Shown: piece after piece, positions 40,086 to 49,056 of the stretch
Numbering within the stretch: the first letter of the stretch is position 1
How the letters are laid out: the number at the start of each line of letters is the position of its first letter
Assembly: GCA_037308085.1 (NCBI GenBank)
Contig: CP147779.1
Location: 864,001 to 928,000, forward strand
Direction of reading: 5' to 3'
Length of the DNA: 64,000 bases
From: Promethearchaeati archaeon SRVP18_Atabeyarchaeia-1
GTDB lineage: Archaea; Asgardarchaeota; Atabeyarchaeia; Atabeyarchaeales; Atabeyarchaeaceae
Position numbers and translations under genes: made by a program
The notes under the pieces: generated by a model
Seen by the model: only the letters and a program-made list of their open reading frames with translations
Told to the model about the DNA's origin: nothing
Database searches by the model: none

Positions 40086-40595
40086 TCAAGTTTCTGTTTC
40101 ATGCAGCTGATCATCCATCCTTCTCGAGATCGGCAGCGGAACTACTGGAGTCCCCTCAACTTTTAGTGGTCTAAGTGCGATGCAACTGTTTATTGACAAG
40201 ATGCCCTTGACAAGTCTCAGGCCCTCGATGAATCTTGTAAGATCAGTTAGACTCCCTGTTTCAACTTTCAACCATATTCCACATTTGCCACTCATCCAAT
40301 AGGCCTCGGTGACTAGCGGGGAGCCTACAAGCCCCTCTATTACCTCGCTCTCGTGTCGAGAGGCCGTACTCACGGTTATGTACGATATTACTGCTCTCCC
40401 TGTCTTCTCAGGATTAAGAGCGATCGTGAATCGATCAATAACCCTATCCCTGACTAGTCTTTCGACGCGTTTCCGGACAGCCGATTCTGAGAGACCGATG
40501 GAGTTGGCGATCTCTGCATAGGGCGCCCGCCCATTCCGCAGCAGGCAGTCAATAATCCTCTTGTCCTTCCTGTCTGTATTGTCTGACGAAGCCAT
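40086..40595 (-). CDS. Lrp/AsnC family transcriptional regulator
   Basis: GRAPYAEIANSIGLSESAVRKRV HTH plus RAM domain; divergent from the mer unit. Confidence 0.9.
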   Translation of the reverse strand: MASSDNTDRKDKRIIDCLLRNGRAPYAEIANSIGLSESAVRKRVERLVRDRVIDRFTIALNPEKTGRAVISYITVSTASRHESEVIEGLVGSPLVTEAYWMSGKCGIWLKVETGSLTDLTRFIEGLRLVKGILSINSCIALRPLKVEGTPVVPLPISRRMDDQLHETET

Positions 40596-40960
40596 TTTCT
40601 CCTCCTCCTAGAGCTGTTTTCAACTGTGTCGTCCCATCATAAAAACCTTTTCATCGCTCTATCTGGCGTTTGATGACGAATTCAGGACTTGAAATGGTGA
40701 AGACTGCCGATTTAGGTCTAGTTTGCACCGAGATACCGTTTCTCATCATTCATTTGCACGGGTATCACGCTGAGAATAGTCTCGATTGTGCAGGATATGT
40801 AGCGGTTTGAGAAGTTTCTCGTCGATTGTGGTTTAGAATCAGAAGCCAATAGCCTCGTTTGATGGCGTTTTCCATACTTTTTGGTTACGCTAGATAGTTA
40901 TTCGGGTGTCCCATAAGGTCTGTCAAATATGAATGTAGAACTGAACCGCTTGGAGGAGAT

Positions 40961-41299
40961 ATGGAGTTGTCGCAAAAACATCTTAAGGAAATTGCTTTGG
41001 TTGCTCTTGCAAGGGAGCTTCCAGACGTGGTTAAGTCAATCGGTAAGGGGGAAAGAGAGGCTATAAGCGAGGAATCAATCGACCTGATACTTCAGTCGCA
41101 GAGGAACCCGCTGCCTCAGGGTCTAGCTTGGTCGATACTTCGCTTGATGGGCTATGAAAAGGAGACCTCAGATGCAGGCATCGAGAAACTCTTGGAAGCC
41201 GGCATGATGGTGGAACCAGAGCAAACGATACAGCTTCTTGAGAAGCATGGAGAGAGGGCTGCGGCCAACGCGCTAAGGAGAATAATCTCGACAGATTGA
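40961..41299 (+). CDS. Hypothetical protein upstream of mer
   Basis: GGAGGAG RBS; co-oriented with mer. Confidence 0.65.
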   Translation: MELSQKHLKEIALVALARELPDVVKSIGKGEREAISEESIDLILQSQRNPLPQGLAWSILRLMGYEKETSDAGIEKLLEAGMMVEPEQTIQLLEKHGERAAANALRRIISTD

Positions 41300-41340
41300 G
41301 ATTGGGTTAAATATAGCAAAACAGGGGAAGGTCGATTACG

Positions 41341-42330
41341 ATGAAATTCGGTATCGAATTTGTTCCGAATAGTCCGATAGACGAAGTCCTGAAGTGGGCG
41401 ACTGTGGCCGAGCAGGAGAAGTTCGACTACATCTGGATAACAGACCACTTCAATAACAGAAACACCTATGTAACTCTGACATCGATAGCCATGAAGACTT
41501 CATCAGCGAAGATAGGTCCTGGTGTGACCAACCCCTACCTCATCAATCCAGCATGGACCGCTTCCGCTGTCGCTAGCCTCAATGAGGTGTCCAAAGGTAG
41601 AGCAGTTCTGGGGATCGGAGCGGGAGATCGAACCACATTATCGTATCTTGGCTTGGAACAGAAGAGTCCGGTATCCGCATTGGCTGAGTGTGTAGACATA
41701 ATAAGAGGATTGCTGAAAGGCGAAGAGGTCAGGATTCCAGGAAAGATATTCAATGTAACTGGTGCGAGGTTAAACTATCATGCAGACTTCGTACCTATCT
41801 ACCTCGGTGTTCAAGGACCCAAGATGATGCGGTTGGCAGCGAAGATCAGTGATGGTGTCTTGATAAATGCATCCCACCCTACTGACATCTCGATGGCAGT
41901 GAAGGAAGTGCGGAACGGTCTTGACGAGGCTGGGAAATCTTCCTCACAGTTTGACATGGCCGCCTATACCAGTTTCTCGGTTAGTAATGACCCGGCAGAA
42001 GCTGCCAAACTGGCTAGACCTGTCGTGGCGTTCATTGCTGCAGCCAGTCCGGACGCCCTTCTGGAACGCCATGGGATCCCCGCTGAACGCGTTAAGGTAA
42101 TCAGAGAAGCGCTAGCGAAGGGTCAATTCAAGGAAGCATTCAAAGCTGTCGACGATGAGCTATTGGAAGTTTTCTCGATAACGGGAACCCCCGCCCAATG
42201 TACAGAGAGAATATCCAAGATTATTAGGGAAGGGGTGTCCCAACTCGTAATTGGTTCACCGATAGGGGTAGACAAGGTAAAGACACTTGAATCGATCGGG
42301 TCTGAAATCATGCCACAGTTCCTTCAATAA
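41341..42330 (+). CDS. mer: F420-dependent methylene-H4MPT reductase
   Basis: MKFGIEFVP, WITDHFNNRN, GPGVTNPY, QGPKM, LINASHP, VIGSPIG. Confidence 0.95.
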   Translation: MKFGIEFVPNSPIDEVLKWATVAEQEKFDYIWITDHFNNRNTYVTLTSIAMKTSSAKIGPGVTNPYLINPAWTASAVASLNEVSKGRAVLGIGAGDRTTLSYLGLEQKSPVSALAECVDIIRGLLKGEEVRIPGKIFNVTGARLNYHADFVPIYLGVQGPKMMRLAAKISDGVLINASHPTDISMAVKEVRNGLDEAGKSSSQFDMAAYTSFSVSNDPAEAAKLARPVVAFIAAASPDALLERHGIPAERVKVIREALAKGQFKEAFKAVDDELLEVFSITGTPAQCTERISKIIREGVSQLVIGSPIGVDKVKTLESIGSEIMPQFLQ

Positions 42331-42447
42331 GGAAATCAGATCACACAACAACACAGGACTCATGTCTTGTCCCGCTTTCTTCTTTTCTTATTTAACATGC
42401 AACTGACTTGAAAGAAGAGTTGGGAGCCTCTGCTTCTGTGCAGGCTC

Positions 42448-43371
42448 TCAGGACGATGTCTTCAATACGTCAAATCTGGTTGCAACAATGTTGCATCCGA
42501 AAACTCCTTTGACTGCCTTAAGCTCTTTGACGAGCATGTTGATCAGATTCCTGTTGGCATCTGCGATTTCTTTATCCCTTGATTCTGCCTTCGTATAGCC
42601 TTGCCCTAGCTGCTTGATCTTGCTCAGGAAGTCCTCGGGTGGCTTTGAAGCAGGGTACAGCTTTCCAATCCAGTTGATTGTCTCTTCTGAGTCGATTGGG
42701 TAGAGCGTAACGATGAGTGGAATTCCCATCGCGCTTGCCAGATTGGCAACCGCCTTTGCTTTTTCGCTTTCATAGATAGGTGTAGTAAGGAAATATGATG
42801 CGCCAGCGTCCTTCTTCTTCCTCATCAAGGTTTCCGCAATTTCAAGTCTTGCAGGATCAAATCCGACGACTGCGCCGACCTCGAAGCCTGTCGATTTGGG
42901 TATCTCTTCTCCGGAGAAGATTTTCCCTTCGTTCATCTCCTTGATCATTTTCAATAGCTGGATTCCATCTAGGTCGAAGACTGGTTGTGCTTTGGTATAT
43001 TTTCCAGTCGTTGTGTGGATTCCAGTTGAAACTAGGATGTTGGTCAATCCTAGTTGGCTGCCTGTCAGGATATCAGAGAATATTCCAAGTCTGTTCTTGT
43101 CTCTTGCATCCACGGCATATATAGATTCGAGCTTCAGCCTTTCCTTCATCAGGTAGGATGGAACGAGCGTGTTAAGAGACAATGACGCCTTTGCATCACG
43201 GCTCACGATTATTGCGTCCACAGAGGCTTGCAGACCCTTTGCCCTATCCAGAAGCTTCTCTATTGATGTCTGACTATTAACTTCGAGCTCTCCTAAGGTC
43301 ACGAACTTTCCTTCTTTCAGTTTTCCGACAAAACCGCTTGGGCTCTTAGGCATTGGAATAAAGACCTCCAC
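42448..43371 (-). CDS. Divergent MetF-like protein
   Basis: LGELE, RDKNRLG, PVFDLDG, AGASYFLT; catalytic GD appears as GI. Confidence 0.75.
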   Translation of the reverse strand: MEVFIPMPKSPSGFVGKLKEGKFVTLGELEVNSQTSIEKLLDRAKGLQASVDAIIVSRDAKASLSLNTLVPSYLMKERLKLESIYAVDARDKNRLGIFSDILTGSQLGLTNILVSTGIHTTTGKYTKAQPVFDLDGIQLLKMIKEMNEGKIFSGEEIPKSTGFEVGAVVGFDPARLEIAETLMRKKKDAGASYFLTTPIYESEKAKAVANLASAMGIPLIVTLYPIDSEETINWIGKLYPASKPPEDFLSKIKQLGQGYTKAESRDKEIADANRNLINMLVKELKAVKGVFGCNIVATRFDVLKTSS

Positions 43372-43391
43372 AAATCGTTCTGATCAGTCCT

Positions 43392-44063
43392 CTACTCTGT
43401 CCACACGACTTCGCCGAGCGTGGCTTTTAGAGATCCGTCTCTCTCAGGTTGGTACTTCTTGAAGCTATCGAGTCTGCCAAGTTGGCTCAGTCTATCCCAT
43501 ATCATAGTCCATACACAGTCGTTTTTTCGGTCCCCAACTTCGCATTTTCCATCCGCCATTGTTTCACATGGTCCGTTTAGAAGTTGCTTCGGGCATCTGG
43601 ATACTGCGCATATGCCTCCGGTGTCAAACAGTGTACATGATCCGCACATTCTGCATCTCTCATAGAATCGACCTAGTCTCTCTACCATGCCGAGAAACTT
43701 CGTGTCGAGCGCCGGAACAACGACTTTGCCAGTCAAGTCAGAGATCGATTGGACACCAACTCCACAATTCATAGCGAGGATAGCATCAGCCTCGCCAATC
43801 TGTTTCTGGAGTGTCTTTAGATCCCTTTTTGATATTCTGATGTCGCAAGGTGATTCGACGGCGAGGGTTCCGAGGATCTGCTTCTTATCCTTCAGGTTCT
43901 CAACCATCTCCTTGATCTCCTCTTCGCCGCCAGTCTGGCAAAGCGCAGAACATGTGTTGCAGCCTACAATCACGATCTTATCATATCCTTCAAGCATCCT
44001 CAGTATATCATCCAATGGTTTTTGAACAGTAATTATCAAACTCGAGGTCACCTCCAAAATCAT
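43392..44063 (-). CDS. Second MetV-like Fe-S protein
   Basis: GCNTCSALCQTGG, NCGVG, CRMCGSC, CPKQLLNGPC; paralog of the gene at 36826. Confidence 0.9.
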   Translation of the reverse strand: MILEVTSSLIITVQKPLDDILRMLEGYDKIVIVGCNTCSALCQTGGEEEIKEMVENLKDKKQILGTLAVESPCDIRISKRDLKTLQKQIGEADAILAMNCGVGVQSISDLTGKVVVPALDTKFLGMVERLGRFYERCRMCGSCTLFDTGGICAVSRCPKQLLNGPCETMADGKCEVGDRKNDCVWTMIWDRLSQLGRLDSFKKYQPERDGSLKATLGEVVWTE

Positions 44064-44072
44064 CCTGAGTAG

Positions 44073-44738
44073 TTATCCCGTCCTTCGTCCCGCGTCTCCA
44101 GTTCTCCCAATCTCGTTCATACCGATCTCAAGTCCTTTGAGGACATTCGGCATACTTCCCCCGAATTCCTCTTCCATAGCTTCTCTTATGTCACCGCTGC
44201 TTAGCGGCATCTTGCCCATGCCTAGTGCACCCCCCAGCATTATCATGTTTGACATAGAGAAATCACCGAACTCGTTCTTTGATATCTCATTAGCCCTGAT
44301 TGCTCTGACATCGTCAGAGAAAGTCTTCATAATGTTGATGACTTCATCAAAAGTCGCTCCCTTCCATTTCTCAGACACGGCTTGGGGTGGAAGTATTTCA
44401 TACAGGTTGACCAGAACAGAGGTTTTCCCGGAGGCGAACTTCGCGCTTCGAAGTGCCTCATTAGTTTCCAAGGCTATAATTAAGTCAGCCCCTGCCATTG
44501 GGATGAGTGGAGAGATTACGCTCGTCCTCTCGTTTCGCTCTTCACCTGGATCCAACATTACATACCTAACGGAATTATCGACTGATCCCTCTCTTTGGGA
44601 GGCTCCACGGGTTTCGGTGCCGACGACTATCCAGCCCTTCCTTTGCCCTGCCTTTTTCAAGATATTTCCGATAGTCATTATTCCTTGGCCGCCAACACCG
44701 ACCACGAGAACACTATACTTTCTCAAACTGCTCCACAA
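44073..44738 (-). CDS. iorB: Indolepyruvate:ferredoxin oxidoreductase beta subunit
   Basis: GVGGQG, ETRGASQREGSV, ALETNEALR, NMIMLG. Confidence 0.9.
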   Translation of the reverse strand: MWSSLRKYSVLVVGVGGQGIMTIGNILKKAGQRKGWIVVGTETRGASQREGSVDNSVRYVMLDPGEERNERTSVISPLIPMAGADLIIALETNEALRSAKFASGKTSVLVNLYEILPPQAVSEKWKGATFDEVINIMKTFSDDVRAIRANEISKNEFGDFSMSNMIMLGGALGMGKMPLSSGDIREAMEEEFGGSMPNVLKGLEIGMNEIGRTGDAGRRTG

Positions 44739-45095
44739 CCCTCTACCCTATATGAGCGGATTCGAGCGGTCGTTTTTGGAGGGCTGAGCTTTTTGCTTAC
44801 TCGGTTTTGCTCTTTGGCATCTTGCTTGGTATTACTGGTTGGGTGGGGCGCTGGTTTTGCCATGCCCCTTATTAAGTCCTGAGAGCACACTTTGCTGTTT
44901 TACGAATGCGCGCGCGAAATGCCCTTCATCTATATCGCCAGTTCTAGCTTGATCCGCTATCCCTGTGTTGTTCTCCTATTCTTATTTACCTTTGTTATTT
45001 TCGGGGGGAGCAGATCATGTTCTTGTTTCCTGCTTTTGGTTTCGTGTGGGGATCTGGGAGGTGCCCCAATTTCAATTTGTGCCAGCTGATGAGTA

Positions 45096-46352
45096 CTAAC
45101 GAGGCGTATTTGCTTCGGCAGGACTCTTGTTTGGCTTCGGTATATTGAATGCTAATATCACTAGGAATAGTTCTCTGTTCTTGTCGTTTGGCTGGTGAAA
45201 CACATAGTCGAATCGCGTCTCCCCTTCAACCCTTCTGAATTTCAGATCGTACCTTCGTTTGTAGCACGGGTGGGACTCAACCACGGGGCGGATTTTGTTT
45301 AGCACCGAGCTGAAGTCTTGGTTCTTGTTGAATAGAAGTATTGCTGTTTTTGTGTCTCGCCAGCTCGTGTATCCCAATAGCTGGCCAATCGCCTTGAGGA
45401 GCGCCTCATCCCCTCTCCAAAACTTACATTCCGCGATGAATACGTTTTTGCCTCCAGCGCGTATGAGAATATCTGTTTTCCCGAGATAGTTAAAAGTCTC
45501 CCCCGTGGCCTGCCCCTCGTAATAGACATTCAGTAACATCAGGAAGATATTTCTAATCTCTTCTTCCTTAAGTTTGAGGAATGTTGTTGGGTTTCTTTCC
45601 ATTACAAGAGACATGTTCGAAATACTATCTAGGATGTTTCCGAAGTCCTCTTCGTGTAGAGTCGGTTCGGGCTCGTATTGTCTTGCGGTGACCCTAGGAG
45701 GCGCTAGTACGATTTTCTTTCGAATGGATGGAATCGCGTACGTTTTCACTAGATCGTCGCGACGCTTTATCGGAATTCCAAGAGCGCTTACCAATCCAGA
45801 GGCAGCCAAAAGCGTCTTCTTTCTTTCAGTGATGGTTTCTCTGATTATTGTTTCAATCGACTTGTTGTAGTTGTCAAGATCATGTTTCGTCCATTCCATG
45901 TGTCTCTTCAATTCCATGAGATCCCGTTCATATCTGTGTTTCAGTTCCCGCGGATTATCATATTCGGTTACATCATAGGACAGATGGATTTCCTGCCCCA
46001 CGATTTCTCCAGCAGGATGAACCGTCGAAAACTGCGTTGCCCCGTACTCTAACAGATCTCCGTCTCCATCAAATGGAACAGCGATCACTATCCTCGTTCC
46101 TCTCTGGCGATAAGGTAGGCTTCTGCTAGCAGTCTTTACTTCACTAAAATCGTCTACTTTGGGATCGCCCTCATGAAGTGTTGGTATTTGGTAACTGTAT
46201 TTCGAGATGAGGTACTGACAAAGGTCGCTCTCACTTGCGTTTAGGATGTAGTTCTTGTCATAGCCTTCGATTTCCTCTATCAAGCTTCGTTGCCTTTGCT
46301 CCAAGAGATTGCGAAGGGCACCTCTCTCAGAGAAGAGAAGATGGGGGCTCAT
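45096..46352 (-). CDS. Hypothetical protein with C-terminal PD-(D/E)XK nuclease-like domain
   Basis: EEEIRN...GETFNYLGKTDILI....NVFIAECKFW; QLLGYTSWRDTK. Confidence 0.7.
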   Translation of the reverse strand: MSPHLLFSERGALRNLLEQRQRSLIEEIEGYDKNYILNASESDLCQYLISKYSYQIPTLHEGDPKVDDFSEVKTASRSLPYRQRGTRIVIAVPFDGDGDLLEYGATQFSTVHPAGEIVGQEIHLSYDVTEYDNPRELKHRYERDLMELKRHMEWTKHDLDNYNKSIETIIRETITERKKTLLAASGLVSALGIPIKRRDDLVKTYAIPSIRKKIVLAPPRVTARQYEPEPTLHEEDFGNILDSISNMSLVMERNPTTFLKLKEEEIRNIFLMLLNVYYEGQATGETFNYLGKTDILIRAGGKNVFIAECKFWRGDEALLKAIGQLLGYTSWRDTKTAILLFNKNQDFSSVLNKIRPVVESHPCYKRRYDLKFRRVEGETRFDYVFHQPNDKNRELFLVILAFNIPKPNKSPAEANTPR

Positions 46353-46624
46353 ATTAGGTCACCTTTCAGAACGGACGGAAAAGATGGACGGTGCAATGAG
46401 TCCGTGTCAGCAGGTCTGCCAATAGCAGCATATCTTTGCAGATCTTGTAATCCGCAAGAAGTATCTCCCGCTTGCTCCAATCCGAGTTCATGAGCTAGAG
46501 TCACTCTCAGATATCTTTTAAGTCGTGCGCCATGCCTTGTTGCAGTTCGGGTGGATTCTTGATCCTATCTGTTCTCTAATGAACAACATCCCAGTAGTGG
46601 CGACAGATCTCGCTGAGCTTTGCG

Positions 46625-46927
46625 TTATACTTTTCTCTGCTTACTTTCCTGTCGTCGCTGTTCTCTGCAAACGCTTCTCATTTGGCTAGTAATGAGCCGC
46701 GCAGTTTGAACGTCTTGGTGGCTTAGCGTAACCTCCCTCGTCTCTGTGTGCTTGTTTGGTGTCACCGCCTCAGCATAGAAGATGAACCCTTTAACGTCTT
46801 CCCAGAGGACAACGTAACAGCTTTTCATCACTTTGTAGTTTGTGGGGTGGTTGTGGATAACGAGTAGTTGCTCCATTCTGAAATCAGGTGGGTCGAAGAC
46901 GATGAAGTGCCCCCTCTGATCGCACAT
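46625..46927 (-). CDS. Small hypothetical protein in island
   Basis: Open frame downstream of the AbrB-like gene; no motif. Confidence 0.3.
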   Translation of the reverse strand: MCDQRGHFIVFDPPDFRMEQLLVIHNHPTNYKVMKSCYVVLWEDVKGFIFYAEAVTPNKHTETREVTLSHQDVQTARLITSQMRSVCREQRRQESKQRKV

Positions 46928-47055
46928 GGGGCATCGGGGTTTGAGCGATGTCTAGGTGTGGGTACGTGGGGGACCCCCACGAATCCCCCACGATGTGAAG
47001 CGACCGCCGCGCCAGATGAAAAGGAGGGTTGCCCGATTTGTTGGGCGGGTTATCG

Positions 47056-47253
47056 TTATTGCCTTAATGGGTTAAGTGTTACTGCTATGTTTCCTTCTCT
47101 TCGGATCTCTATGTTCCATTGGAGCTTATCGCCCTGTTTCAGGTTGAGCATTTTGACGAGGATTTGGGGGACCGTTGTTTTGAGGCTGTTGACGGCTTTG
47201 CCAGCGGCCTTTGATAGGGTTGTTGTCTCGATCACTGATATTCGTCTCTCCAC
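47056..47253 (-). CDS. AbrB/MazE/SpoVT-type DNA-binding protein
   Basis: SLKTTVPQILVKMLNLKQGDKLQW swapped-hairpin signature. Confidence 0.8.
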   Translation of the reverse strand: MERRISVIETTTLSKAAGKAVNSLKTTVPQILVKMLNLKQGDKLQWNIEIRREGNIAVTLNPLRQ

Positions 47254-47349
47254 TCAGTTTCGCATTTTGGAGTCTTGTGGCTTCGTTAATGATTAGGCAT
47301 ATTCAATAGTGTCTACATTCACGAAATACTTATATACATTCATATCTAA

Positions 47350-47369
47350 TTAACGTATAGTTACGTTAA
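47350..47369. promoter_or_regulatory. Palindromic candidate operator between divergent island genes
   Basis: TTAACGTA-TAGT-TACGTTAA perfect inverted repeat next to TTATATA (47330-47336). Confidence 0.55.
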
Positions 47370-47398
47370 CAAATACGATAAAAACGAGGCACCGTATA

Positions 47399-48718
47399 AT
47401 GTGCGCGAAGGCACACGAATTGGATTTCTCTGCTGTCGACGCTGAGGAGATCGCTTATCTGCAGGGCTTGTACTTGGCTGACGGCTGTAGGTATACAAGC
47501 GTGGGCTGCAGGTGGGGCACGACGCGTTACTACGTGGGCTTCTTTCTTCAAGGAGATCAAGGAGCAATTGTCGAGAAAGTTGTCAGGATTCTGAGGCGGC
47601 TGGGTCCCACTCCGTACATGGCAAAGCCTTCGCGTGGCGAGTGGATGTTTGATATTAGGGTAGCATCGAAAAGTCTCTATCATTTTCTACCGAACAAAGA
47701 GAGCCTTAGAGAGAACCATGAAGCAAGGGAACGGTTCTTTTCGCGTAGCGGTCTTCTCGGCGCTAGGCTCGGCGTGCCCTTCCTAGCTGGTCTTCTGGAC
47801 GGAGATGGCTCGCTTGGTGTGAGGATCAACAAGACAGGTTCCTATTTTGGAACTTTAGTGAAATGGGATTGGTCGCTTACACAGAGCGAGTATAAACACG
47901 CGTTTCTCGTGCACTATGTTAAGAGGTTTGTTGATTCGCTCATGCCAATTGAGAAAATCGGCGTGACGATTGGCGCGGTTCCTAGCGTCGGCGCAGTCAG
48001 GGCGCAGATTCGCAAGTCTGGAGCAATTACTCTCCTAGGAGCAGGTCTTAGCGAGTACTCCTGGAAGGTTGCAAACTGGGCTGAAAAGGTAGCTCAACAA
48101 AAGTCAGAGCGCGAGGAGTACTTCACTACCGGACAGCTTGCACGGATTCTCGGTGTGCGCCGCCATGCTGTGTTGGGATGGGTTAAGAAGGGCAAGCTGA
48201 GGCAGCTAAGAGGAACCTTGAAAACTCGGAATTCACCTAATGCTCAGTCTCGCTACTATATTCCAGTCGAAGAGGTTGAGAGGTTCATAAAAGTGTTCAA
48301 GGAGAGAGAGGAGAAAGTCGAGAAGATCAAGGCGAGTGGAGTGAGTTTGTTGGACGCGTCTATGATGTTGGGTATCCCACACACCACTCTGTTTCGGTGG
48401 TACCAGCATGGAAAGGTTCAAGCCACTTTAGTGCATGAGCCAAAGGGTTTCAGAAACACATACTTGGTCGTTGCGAGAGGAGAGATCAAGAGACTTAGGT
48501 TGGCGATTTCTGGGAATCGTGGTTCTCTGATGTCGCGAGGGGCGGTGAATGTTGCTCAGAAGTATACGCTCATAAAAGAGAAGGCGGAGAGTGAAATGGC
48601 AAAGTCTAGCAGGGGGCCAGCCCATGGTCATAATAGGAAAGCCATTGTTCGGAAGGCTAAAGACACGAAGAAAAAAGTCGTGCCAGATCAGCTAGCAAGC
48701 ATACGGGACATAGATTGA
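47399..48718 (+). CDS. LAGLIDADG domain protein fused to two excisionase/MerR-like HTH domains
   Basis: AYLQGLYLADGC and FLAGLLDGDGS; YFTTGQLARILGVRRHAVLGWVKKGKL and VSLLDASMMLGIPHTTLFRWYQHGKV. Confidence 0.8.
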   Translation: MCAKAHELDFSAVDAEEIAYLQGLYLADGCRYTSVGCRWGTTRYYVGFFLQGDQGAIVEKVVRILRRLGPTPYMAKPSRGEWMFDIRVASKSLYHFLPNKESLRENHEARERFFSRSGLLGARLGVPFLAGLLDGDGSLGVRINKTGSYFGTLVKWDWSLTQSEYKHAFLVHYVKRFVDSLMPIEKIGVTIGAVPSVGAVRAQIRKSGAITLLGAGLSEYSWKVANWAEKVAQQKSEREEYFTTGQLARILGVRRHAVLGWVKKGKLRQLRGTLKTRNSPNAQSRYYIPVEEVERFIKVFKEREEKVEKIKASGVSLLDASMMLGIPHTTLFRWYQHGKVQATLVHEPKGFRNTYLVVARGEIKRLRLAISGNRGSLMSRGAVNVAQKYTLIKEKAESEMAKSSRGPAHGHNRKAIVRKAKDTKKKVVPDQLASIRDID

Positions 48719-48721
48719 GGC

Positions 48722-48961
48722 ATGCTGAAGGCAAGGATGACAAAGACAGTGAGCGCAGCTGAACTCTCGTTTGAGATAGGCAGAAGTATTCCGCTTCCCC
48801 AAGGAGCCAAGTTGTTCGAGAAAGCTCTCAAGGAACATCACATTCTCAATGTTTGGAACAAGCATAGAGAGCACATCGTCCCATACTCACTGTTCTTTTC
48901 CCTACTAGGAGATATTGACAACGTTTTGCTAGGATCAAAAAAAGAAAAGTTCAAATTGTGA
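48722..48961 (+). CDS. Small hypothetical protein
   Basis: Starts 3 nt after the LAGLIDADG-HTH stop codon, with GAGG RBS. Confidence 0.45.
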   Translation: MLKARMTKTVSAAELSFEIGRSIPLPQGAKLFEKALKEHHILNVWNKHREHIVPYSLFFSLLGDIDNVLLGSKKEKFKL

Positions 48962-49056
48962 GGAGGCTCATCATTCTCGGAACCCCTCGAACTCCGTCTT
49001 CTTAATCGTTTGTGCAAACTAGAAGGGAGGTCACACACGGTTTCTTCATGCTGGTG

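Noticed and set aside
47399-48718. Intein or intron-encoded endonuclease
   Set aside because: No host gene is interrupted in frame, no C-terminal His-Asn splice motif, and no flanking rRNA/tRNA
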